Shown here: positions 37,801-48,185 of the stretch, piece after piece | Numbering within the stretch: position 1 is the stretch's first letter | How the letters are laid out: each line of letters opens with the position of its first letter | Assembly (NCBI GenBank): GCA_023213395.1 | Contig: CM041465.1 | Coordinates: 232,631,741-232,695,740 of the forward strand | From: Cycas panzhihuaensis | Taxonomy: Eukaryota > Plantae > Cycadophyta | Reading direction: 5' to 3' | DNA: 64,000 nt | Notes under the pieces: generated by a model | What the model saw: the letters and a program-made list of their open reading frames with translations, nothing else | Database searches by the model: none | Told to the model about the DNA's origin: nothing | Program-made: the position numbers and the translations under genes

Positions 37801-40800
37801 TTTTTCTAGTTAGTAGTAACCCTGACATCCCATCTACTTCAGGTGTGGGTCCTGAGGTAGATTCCCTACCCCCCCCTTTTATACAACCCGAGGAAGGAAG
37901 TAATATTCCCTCCTCTTCTTCCTTAGAGGTACACCCGCCCAGCCATAAATCTCTTCCAACCATTGGCGCCAAAACTGGGGAAATGGAAGGAGGATTGCTG
38001 GTAAGTACTTCTAGCGAGTCTGGTCCAGGAAATAAAATCACTATTCCGGAAAAAATTAGCTGTCAAACCTATATTGGGGATTACGTTAAACCATTCTATG
38101 GGGAATAGTTATATGGGACTACCCATTTAACACATTGCATTAATTATTGGATAGAGCAGGGAAATTGGGACAAAACCAATTGGCAGCAGGATTTAATCCT
38201 AACCTTACGGGGGAAAGCTTGGTATTGGTACTTAGCCCACCAAAAGACCCTTAGCAATTGGCAAGAATTGCAAACGATGTTTCAAATACGATTCGATCAT
38301 CCGCACCAACTAGCCATTCCAATATTCTATGTAGGACATGACCCTAGGAAACACGTGCAGTGTGTAAACAAAACCGGAAATCTAGGAGTATACCTAAGCG
38401 GAATTGGTCTAACTACTTTTACCATACCTTGGGAAGAGTAGCAAAAGACCTGTTCCGGGAAGGAGCAAAACTTAGAGACAACACGGGAAAATCTAAAGGG
38501 ATCTTTTATAAAAACCTTTGGGCATACTTGAAAATCAAGAAGTGGACACAATCACGAAACATATTAGAATGATGAGCATAAAACTAGAACATCATTTAAT
38601 GGATCAGAAACAAGAGAATCCATACAGAGTGAAGAAGAGGAAATTGTGAATTATCTCCCGAATTTACTGAAATTCACCGTGGGAGAAAGAAAGATAGAAG
38701 ATGCTCCAGGCACAAACCGAAAATGTAGAAGATGTGGGAAGACAAAGTTGAAAACAACGGAAATTAATGCTCAACTCAAAAATCCTAAGCTTATTCGAAT
38801 TGGAGATTATTGGGATTCCCAAACCAGAGTCAAGCTCAACAATTGTTCAAGAATTTCGTGATGTGTTTGCGTGGTCGATAAAGATTTGAAAGGTATTCCT
38901 CCGAGATAGGAATGCATCACATTGATCCGTGGAAGACGCTAAGCCGTGAACAATGACCATATCGAATGAATCCAAAATATAAAGAAAAGTAAAAGCGTAA
39001 TCGACAAAATGTTAGAAGTCGGTTATATATATAAATTGACTACAAAGGATCGGGTGAGCCTGTAGTAGTGGTTCCAAAGAAAATGGGAAAATTCGAGTGC
39101 ATGTAGATTACGAGACAATTAAACAAAGTGACGAAAAGATCCATTCCGTTGCCTTTCACGGAAGATATTTTGGAAGCAGCTTGGAGGAATGAAATCTATT
39201 CATTCACAGACGGATTCGGTGGGTACAATCAAGTGCAGATTGCCCCAGAAGATCAGGCAAAGACAACATTCGTAACAGAGTGGGGTACATATGCCTATAA
39301 GGTAATGCCATTCGGTCTTACGAATGCACCAGCGACATTTCAACGGATTGTGATTAATATTTTCGTAAATTTATTGGAGAAAAGTTGCAGTATTCTTAGA
39401 CGATTGGACATTGTACGGGTTAATGAAAAATCATATGGAAAACCTAAGAGAAATGTTGCAAACTTGTCGAGAAAATAAACTGTCTCAATCCAAAAATGTA
39501 CATTTCTGGTACCATTTGGAAACCTCTTGGGGCACATAGTCAGCAAAGAAGGATTGCTGACAGATCCAAAGAAAAGTGTTCCGCCATTTTACACTTTCCA
39601 ACACCGAATCTGAGGAAGCGGCTAAAAGGTTTTTGGGTTTAACCGGATATTATAGAAAATTTATCGAGGATATGCGTATATATCCGGACCTCCGAAGAAT
39701 TCTTTGAAAAAGAATATTGAATGGATATGGACCAAGGATCGTGACGAGCATTCAAACACTAAAGGTGCTATAGTAGCAGCCCATATTACGATTCCCAGTT
39801 GAAGAAAACCTTTCATGTGCATGTGGACGCCACAATACGCCATTGGATGTGTATTGGCCCAACCCGATGATGATAAAATGGATCATCCAATCTATTTTGC
39901 CGCTTGAAACTTACGAGGCAGAGCGTAATTATACAACGACGGAGAGGGAGGCACTTGGCATGGTTTATGCACTACAAAAGTTTCGACATTATTTGCTATC
40001 TAATCCATTCCTGCTTTTTGTCGACCACCAAGCCTTGATGTATCCGGTGAATAAACCTATTATGCGAGGAAGGATCGTGAGATGGTTAATCTTTGTTCCA
40101 AGAATTTTCATTCGTAATCATTGTGAAACCCGGCAAGGCGACATCATTCCGGATCAACTATCGAGAATCAAAATGGAGAAAAAGCTACGGGGATACGGAT
40201 GATTTTCCAGACTCTTTTCAAAGATAGATGCGATTCAAAGTGGTGGTATGAGGGCATACCGAATACCTAGCGGCCGGTGAGGTGCAGTGAGAACTAGATC
40301 GACGGGGAAAAGGAATTTCATTAGAAAAGCGGAGCCATATCGCCTTATCACGGTGAGTTGTACAAATTGGGACCGATGACATATTGCGACGTTGTGTTCG
40401 ACACGAGACAAACCGGATCATGTCACGGGCACATGAGGGAGTAGCGGTGGCCACATGGGGAAATTGGCCACATGGCGGAAAATCTTGACATCGGGATTCC
40501 GTGGCCATCGATGTTCGACGATGTTAAAAATGGGTTCAAGCATGTGACTCGCCAACGAGTGGGGAAACCTAATCGATGATTTCCACCCGTTGCATCCCAT
40601 ACTACCCTTGGCACCATTCGAAAAGTGGGGACTCGACTTTGTGGGACCGATCAAACCAGCAGCACGCCGATCAAAAGCTCGATACATTCTGGTGGCAACT
40701 GACTACGCGACAAAGTGGGTGGAAGCACGTGCATTGAGGAAAGCCGATGCCGAAAGTACAGCAAGATTTCTGTATGAGATGGTAATCACGCGATTTGGAT

Positions 40801-41440
40801 GCCCCTTGGAGATTGTCAGTGACCAAGGTGCTCACTTCCTCAACCAAACAATTGAAGCATTGACAACTGCCTTCATGATTAGCCATCAGAAATCAACCCC
40901 TACTATCCCAGAGCCAATGGTCAAGCAGAAAGCTCCAATAAGATAACCGAGAACTGCGGAAGATATGCGACATCGGCAGATCGACAGTTGGAAGTTACCT
41001 TCAGTACTATGGGCCTTTAAACGACATACAAAAGATCGGTTAGACCCCATTTCACTTGTGTATGGCATGAAGCCATCCTTCCGACGAGTTCGAGATACCC
41101 ACCACGAGTGGCGATACAATGCCGACTAGACGACCTCCAGTCCTTGGAACGACAACTGGAAGACCTCATACGGTTGGAAGAGACGCGACATCTAGCGAAC
41201 CGGGTGCAACATATAGAAAACGACGACAAAAGGCATGGCATGACCGCCATCTGAGGAAACCACAATTCAATGAGGGTGATCACGTATTACTTTACGACAG
41301 CAAATTCAAAATGCACCCCGGGAAACTCAAGATGCGATGGTTGGGACCATACATCGCAGAAAGAATTTTCGAGAATGGTTCGATGCGGCGAGAAATCGAC
41401 GGACCGCTACCAACACGGGTAAATGGTAGCACTCAAGTCC
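34848..41440 (+). pseudogene. gag-pol: gag-pol of B2 (gag, 3 knuckles, PR, capsid-like x2, RT, RH, INT with GPY motif); many 1-nt frameshifts, possibly assembly errors
   Basis: TLRGVPLA, WCHICEVDTHTTRDC, CLICLQFGHWKSEC, VIVDGGAAVN, MPFGLTNAPATFQR, KWGLDFVGPI, SDQGAHF, GKLKMRWLGPY. Confidence 0.93.
38067..38525 (+). pseudogene. Two tandem capsid-NTD-like modules between PR and RT in B2
   Basis: HLTHCINYWIEQGNWDKTNWQQDLILTLRGKAWYWYLAHQKTLSNWQELQTMFQIRF, then IPIFYVGHDPRKHVQC..IPKRNWSNYFYHTLGRVAKD. Confidence 0.72.
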
Positions 41441-41729
41441 TATATCGAGTAGCCGATCACCAGGATCACCGGTTGTACCATAGCGTATTGCATGATATTG
41501 AGGCAATCGAACGCCTTGATACCGAGCCATGATCCAGTTCGGTATGGATATAAAAATTGAAAAAAAAAAATTGGAAAAAATAAAAATAACCGTAACTCAA
41601 TTCTGATATAAGCAACAAAGAAGATAATCGAGAAAACCGGAGGAAACTCAAGAAGATACAAGCGAATTTCGATTATGCGTCAAAAAGCAGTGCGTTGCAC
41701 GTCTGATTGGACAATGGCAAAAGTGGAAA

Positions 41730-42110
41730 ATACACTATACGTGCAAAGGAATTCATAAAAGTACGCATAGTGGAAAAAGTGACCCCGAATTATACTATAC
41801 GCATTTAAAAGTACGCCAAGGTGCGCATAGTAAAATTAATTTTAAGTGGCTCAATTACATTATACGCACCGAAAGTACGTGAGACAAGCACGCACAAAGG
41901 CACGTGAGGCGTAAACTCGAATTACACATTATACGTACCAACGGCGTCGTGTCGGCACGACCGTATAAAAGGCACTTAAGTGACTATTTGCGTTATACCT
42001 ACCAAAGGAAGTACGTAATCGAGTACGCATAATACTAATTCTTAACACTATACGTACCAAAGGGCACGTATAAGACAAAATACGCAAAATGACAAATCAT
42101 TACGCACTGC
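41730..42110 (+). repeat. Degenerate ~60-65-bp tandem repeats in the pol / extra-ORF spacer of B2
   Basis: Recurring (C/T)TATACG(T/C)A..AAA...GTACGCATA motifs, about 6 times. Confidence 0.65.
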
Positions 42111-42277
42111 GAACATTCCGTGCAGACGCAGCGGAACGGACGACAGGACGCAAGGGTTTGCTGCACGCATCGCGTGACCAAAACAGTGAAACGGCAAGCG
42201 TTCCTCGGAGGTAATGCGTGACGTGCGGTTCTACCAGACGCCTGTGTTTTCTGCCTTACTCGAAATCCACAGCTAAA

Positions 42278-43312
42278 ATGAGCACGGCAGGTGCCAAGAG
42301 GCATACATCCCCAAGTCAGACCTCCAAGCCTTACCAGCAGATTTCGTGCAAAGGTCAAGGTGCAGCCGGAAAGATTATATTTTCAGCAACCCTATGTATT
42401 ACGACCCAGAGTTGATGGACCAAATTCTGATGGCCCTAAAAGCGAGCAATGCAAAGCCAAATTGGACGCAGATATAGTCCACACGATTCTTGGACTTCCC
42501 AAGGAGGAGAAGTTCCATTGGGAACAAAAAGATCGAAGTTGACCGAAATGTGGATGAGGAGTTATGCCATCCTAACACCCAGATAATGTCCGCGGAATCG
42601 GGGTAGCCGACATCATAGACAACAAATTGCGGTGGGTGGCCAAGGTAATTAATTCCATTTTTGTCAAAAGGAAATATACCTACATCCGTGGAGGTATGAT
42701 GCAGTACTCTTGAAAATTCGGGATGGAGAGCGAATGAATTGGTCCGAATTTTATCGAACATATGAGGCAATTCTGAAATCCGGACACAACCCTTTCGCCA
42801 TCCTTCATTACTTTTGGCAATTTTGTTTTACCGATGTCTGAAGTCCAATTGACCGAACCACTATTTCTCCTCGGGAACCAATTATTAAACAATGGGTAGC
42901 GAGTTCCCGGATACCACAAGTAGCATGGAGGCTAAAAGGAGAATTCAAGCAAATCACGCAAGGTCCTTACACGGTTACAAAAACCCCAGTACACCTATTC
43001 CTCACAGGACAAAGCAAGGCATCCATCGGCGTGGGAAGAGGAAGAAAGGAGAGGAGGAAATGAAGAAGAGGAAGAGGAAGCATCCAGGAAGATTGGGAAG
43101 ACTTCCCAGCAGCTAGAGGTTGGAGAGCCCTCAAGACCTCCTACACCGCAGACAAAGCGGGGCCAATTATTCAAATGATTCGGGATATGGAGGCGGTACA
43201 AAGCAGATAGCGGCCCTTCAGGAGAAAATAAAGGAGAAGGATGCCATTATTGCTACCCGACACGTATAAATGAGGAGATTTTGGGAGGACCGAGGCGCAG
43301 GAGCCGCCTTGA
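42278..43312 (+). pseudogene. Extra ORF of B2 (PMD-like plus coiled coil), frameshifted
   Basis: MSTAGAKR..SNPMYYDPELM..KLDADIVHTILGLPKE..LRWVAKVI..ALQEKIKEKDAIIAT. Confidence 0.7.
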
Positions 43313-43399
43313 GACAGTGGGGAGGGACACCCCAAAATTTTGATTTTGAGTTTTGTTGAGCAAGGATGCTCAAACCCATAATCATTGACCCGGGATAGA

Positions 43400-44164
43400 T
43401 GTTGGCATTAAAATTGACTCAATGGTCGTGTGAGGACGGAGGTACGCACGAGGCAAAACGGCGTAAAACGAGCGCTCGGGTATCGTGAGTGCGTGCACTC
43501 GAACGGCACGCATGATGTGAATGTACCGGCGAGCGGAATCAAACGCGGCGGTACGCATGACCTGTGGGACCGGTGAAGACCGAGGGAGGTGCGACGACGC
43601 ATTTTATCGCACGGACCCAAAGGAATAATTAATTAAGAACAAACAAAGTGATTAAGTGAAGAGGTGCGCATTAATTGAAGAGGTACGCATGATCGAAGGT
43701 GCAGTTATGACAGTACCATAACCCTTGACCAAAAGGTACCAACAAGAGTACTTAAGGAGGTGCGCATGATTCACTGGTTAGGTGAGAGCCGGATATCAAG
43801 GGTACGCAAGAGCAGAGACAAAGACGCATGACACCGATTGGAGCATGGATATGTGATAAGTACCATCCGGTACGCATATGTACAAAAGGATCAGATGTCT
43901 TTGGAATGCTCAGGAATGCATTCCAGCCCTTGTGTAATTAAACTGTTGGATTAATAAAAGAAAGAGTTACGTGGAAATTGGTGTATTCTTGGTGTGTGAT
44001 GATGATTTGTCAAGTATGTATTGATTGCATCACTGTGTACCATTCTGTGAATTTTATATGGAATGTATAACCATGTTGACAGTGTCCTAAAACTAGACTA
44101 TAGCGCTGTGTAACCTTGACAAGTGTATTGATTCCACGAAGGGTGTGGAATCTATAAGTCAACA
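43400..44164 (+). mobile_element. 3' LTR of B2
   Basis: TGTTGGC...GTCAACA then the TSD; about 60 bp shorter than the 5' LTR. Confidence 0.93.
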
Positions 44165-44720
44165 TAGACCACTTAACTCCTCAAATGTTAGAGGTTGAGG
44201 TCTACTTGTGAGACATATACTTGTCACAAATATATGAAAACCTGCATGCAAGCTATTCAAAGTAGTACTAACAAGCTCTCTATCTTAGATGTCTTCGCCA
44301 ACTGCAATAAGTTGTTCCTTGATTTCTTTCAACTTTTGCAAGTGTGAAGTGATAGAGTCATTATTTGTCATTTTACATGAATAGAGTTGATTCCTTAAAT
44401 ACAAGACTCTTGTTTTGTTTTTTGTTTCAAACATATCTTTGAGAGTCTTCCAAGCCTCCGATGCAAGTGTTTTTTCTTGTAGGTGAGTGATTAACTCATC
44501 AGCTACTAATAAGTTGATGATTGCCAATGCCTTTTGGTTTTTGTCGAGCCAAGCCGCCTCCTCAATCTCATCAACCGGATTTTGATCAGGTTTCTTATCC
44601 TTTTCTTCTACAACCTCCAAAAGCCTTTGTAAGGCTAAAATATTGGAAATTTTAAATTTTCAAATTACATAATTTTTGCCATCGAGTTTTGAGACTGCGG
44701 CAAAATATAACCTCCAATAT
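44165..44720 (-). pseudogene. gag: Copia E gag N-terminus (UBN2 / Retrotran_gag_2 type)
   Basis: KLDGKNYVI*KFKI, NQKALAIINLLV, AWKTLKDMFE, LRNQLYSCKM. Confidence 0.9.
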
Positions 44721-45199
44721 TAATTGAAGTCATTATGACTTGAAACTACTACCGCAAGTGTGAGTTTAATTTAACTCAGTGACCGCCAGGTAGTGAATGT
44801 TTACTTTGTAGAAGACAATTAGGATGTCACTTTAAAGTGAAGGAGACTATAGAACATTAATATTCACTTAGTCTCAACTTAATACATTAAAGTGATAAAC
44901 TCACTTTCCAAAAAATATTGAGATCTATATCAATTCCTTGCCCCTCTTTAATATTTAAAGAATATCCTTAGTAATTTGAGGAATATTCAAATTCAAGAAA
45001 AACTTTAATCTTTAACAAGGATAAAGTTTTCTTGAGACTTTATAAAAAGTCACAAAATAAAAAGAAGAATATGCTAAGGAATATTCTAATGTTTATAACC
45101 TAAGGTTATAACATTAGTCCTCACAACAAACATTTTATTTTTTATTTGATTTCCGGATAAAAAATCCGGCGGCGGAGGTTTCTGAGCAACGGCAGAGGG

Positions 45200-45610
45200 T
45201 CCGTCTCCTGATGCGCGCGGCATCTCCGTCTGATGCTCGTGGCGGGGTGTTCTGTCTGAGCCCATGCGGGGGCGTCTTCGTGTAGAGCTCGTGCGGGGAC
45301 GTTCGATGTGAGCCTGCGGGGGCGTCAGTGCGGGCGCCTGCGCGCGGGGCTGCAAGCAAGCGGTCGTTCTCTGTGCAAGCTCGTGTGGGGCGTTTCGTTG
45401 CAAGCCCGTGCGGGGCGTTCTCTGTGCAAGTCGTGTGGGGCGTCTGGTACAGGCCTGTGCGGGGCGTCTGGTAGCAGACTGATGACAGAGCCGAGCTACT
45501 GCTCTGTGCAGTGTTTTGAGCGGCCCAGCTCCTAGCTCCGTGCAATGTTTTGAGTGGTACTGCTCCCAGCTCCTTGCAGCAGTGCTCAGCCTGTGTGTAG
45601 CTCAGCTCTC
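45200..45610. repeat. GC-rich ~20-26-bp degenerate tandem repeats in the leader of E
   Basis: Repeated TCTGTGCAAGCTCGTG(C/T)GGGGCGT-like units. Confidence 0.8.
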
Positions 45611-45729
45611 CGTATAGAAGGGTGAAAGCCAGTGGACAAAATCAGATTTTCAGACCTGAAATTGATTAAGGGCTCATGTGTCTTTAGAGCATGCAAGCAT
45701 ACATGGCAGAATCTGGGAAAAACCTGGGA

Positions 45730-45741
45730 GCTCTGATACCA
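45730..45741 (-). promoter_or_regulatory. PBS of E (tRNA-iMet)
   Basis: GCTCTGATACCA on the plus strand (TGGTATCAGAGC on the minus strand) directly after the 5' LTR. Confidence 0.95.
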
Positions 45742-46115
45742 TGTTAGAATGAGAGGATAAAAGCTGATCTTACAACATAAAAGCACATGCAGGAAGCAAG
45801 AGATGATGATACGTCAACAAGATCAAACTCTCCAAAATTCTCATTAAGAAAATCTCAATGATACAAGTGCATATTTATAGGTTTACATCATAGCTAAACA
45901 TAGGAGTTGGTTCAACAAACTCCCAACGTCCCTCTTATTTTTGGTGTGCTCAAACTACCTCATAAATAGTTGAGCATCTTTGGCTTCTAGAACTTTGACT
46001 AGGAATCTTCTCTCACTAGAATATTCTTGTATAGAATATTCCATGTGAGAACTTATTCTAATGAACCGAAAATGAATTTAAATGAAGTAAAATGGAATGT
46101 GCATTATTTCTAACA
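45742..46115 (-). mobile_element. 5' LTR of E
   Basis: Direct repeat of 30174-30547, flanked by the PBS and the TSD. Confidence 0.95.
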
Positions 46116-46368
46116 ATACGTACCTAGAATGTTTGTTTTTTCATCATTTTCCACTGTGCGTACCTTCGTATGGTCGATACCTGTATTCCAGTGGTCAATT
46201 CGGCCTTACATCTATTTTCCTCATAGCATATTGTTCCTAAATATATCCCAACAATACAACTACCCTAAATTGGTTTACATAAGAAGGTACATGAATCGTA
46301 ACCATTGGATCTAGGTCTTTTTGACGAACGACCTAGATTCTCTTTACAAATTTAGTAGGTTTTTTTGT

Positions 46369-46370
<2 letters not shown>

Positions 46371-46406
<36 letters not shown>
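46371..46406. repeat. (AT)18 microsatellite
   Basis: Read directly from the sequence. Confidence 0.95.
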
Positions 46407-46409
<3 letters not shown>

Positions 46410-48185
46410 TAGGCATAGGAAAGGGCTTTAATACCACTTGTGGTGCTCCTAACCAGTCACCATGAGGATTCAAGTGCGCTTGTCTGATTAGAGGTGGCTA
46501 GTTTTTGAGGATAACGGAAAAGTTCCTTTTAAAAGTGTATTTGTATGATTAATTTCTGAAATTTTTATACATTTATGCGACATGTAATGTTGTAGAGAAA
46601 CATTGAAAGAACATCATGCATTTGTTTTGTTGTCATAGGCTTAGACTTGTGGTCATGGCAGAGCATTGAGTCAAGTACGAAAGTACTTGTGTAGTAGGTG
46701 TATGGTCTAAAGATATAAGATTTATAAGCTTAAGCTGTGTTTCATTTCTCATGTATTGTGATTGTACTTCGACTTGTAAAATATTGGAGCTAGGTGCCTA
46801 GGTTTAAAGTTAATCTGCATGTTTGTAATATGAATGTGGGTCTCCACTTACTTTATATTCTTTATTTCTATTTTTCCATTGAGTCTAGTTAAGTTATAAA
46901 AGTGACTCAAGTCAAGTGATTGTCATGTCAGTTGCAAAAGAATAGTTGATTTTCTATTTGAGTAGATGCTTAGTTTTTTTAGTCTATGTAGATTCCTTTT
47001 CAATTACAACTAGTAATTAGTACCCTTTTGAAAGGGGGGAATATAGAGGAGATGCAGACAGGAATATAGAGGAAATGTAGATAAGAATAAAGGATCATTC
47101 CTCACTGTAAAATCTTTCAATTTTTTGGAGTTTCCAGTAATACAAAAGGGTATTGTCCTATTCTCTCACTTTCTCCGTCACATCTCTCTTGTTTGTGGTT
47201 GTACTCACTTGTGTTTGTAGTGACATCCAAGGCTCTTGGTAGAGTCCAAATGCTCAAGTACAGTGTATGTAGCATGCTACATAAATAGTCAAGCTCATAA
47301 ACTTCATATTCCTTCGTTTTAGTTTGAAAATTAGAGGTTCGGTGCAGTAGAACATTTCAATGTGTCGAGGAATGGAACAATTTTGAACAATTAAGATAGT
47401 TGAGGACGGTTCTCGAAAAACAACCTAAAATAGTCATAAAAACATTTGTAGGTAGGAACAATTACAGAAACAATTGTGTGTTGGGAAATCAACTCTTGGG
47501 GAACAGTTATAGGAATGGCTCCAAATATGAATGGTTTTGGGAATGGCTCTCCCTGAAGCTTCCCATGAGTAATTTTACCCATTTCTTAATTCTAGTACCT
47601 TTATCTATTTCATATACTGCAGTTCCTCTCTTTGTTATCTTTGATTATTATAGATTTCATATTTCTTGTAACGTATCTGTTAATATCATAGTTGTAACCC
47701 CATTTGTAGGGTTATACCAATTGGTAACAGGGCTTCCCATGACTTCCCTGTGGGTCACATCATTTGGTTGCAAAGCACCATTCTCTTCCTAGAGGCTATA
47801 TCCATGTTTTCTCAAAGTAGCTGTCCTCAAATCCAGCTTCAAACCAAGTTCATTGTAGAGTCCACATCATCACTCTTATTTCTATTGCGAGAAGGTATTA
47901 GACCTTTCCACCTTTTTGTTAACTTCACATCAGAAAGAATCAAAGCAGAGGTTGGTTCTTCATTTAAGACTTGTCTTCCTTTATGCATGTTTTGCCCAAC
48001 AAGTGTTCACCCAACTTCATCCGTCGTCAAATGTTATTAGAGCACCTTGCTCTCTCTGATATTTCATATCAAAGATTCTAGTCACAAAATCCATAACTCA
48101 TAAGCAAGTCACTGACATTTCCAGTTTCCATTGTAGTTGCAAATTGTGCAAAGATCTTTATGGGAACTGTGTGAACCATATTCGT

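Larger units (their letters stand above)
33880..44164 (+). mobile_element. Full-length non-chromoviral Ty3/gypsy B2 (relative of B1), youngest insertion in the nest
   Basis: TSD TAGAC at 33875-33879 and 44165-44169; LTRs 33880-34705 and 43400-44164. Removing it restores the copia gag reading LTFEELSGL|LLQEEQRM. Confidence 0.96.
30174..46115 (-). mobile_element. Full-length Ty1/copia element E (374-bp LTRs) with gypsy B2 inserted in gag
   Basis: TSD ATACG at 30169-30173 and 46116-46120. LTRs 30174-30547 and 45742-46115 differ at ~7 sites by eye. PBS TGGTATCAGAGC; PPT GGGAGGG next to the 3' LTR. Confidence 0.96.
20682..46253 (-). mobile_element. Two-LTR non-chromoviral (Athila-related) Ty3/gypsy B1, with copia E inserted in its 5' LTR
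   Basis: TSD ATACA at 20677-20681 and 46254-46258. LTRs are 20682-21583 and 29393-30173 plus 46121-46253, roughly 90% identical over the first ~120 bp by eye. Order: gag-PR-capsid-like x2-RT-RH-INT-extra ORF. Confidence 0.95.

Noticed and set aside
39600-41440. Tat/Ogre assignment for the B elements
   Set aside because: No additional archaeal-type RNase H domain is evident around RH/INT.
45086-45545. 105-136 aa ORFs in the E leader
   Set aside because: They arise from stop-poor GC-rich tandem repeats.
47030-47400. PPT-like AAGGGGGGAA followed by a possible LTR
   Set aside because: No TG start, partner LTR or TSD could be established.
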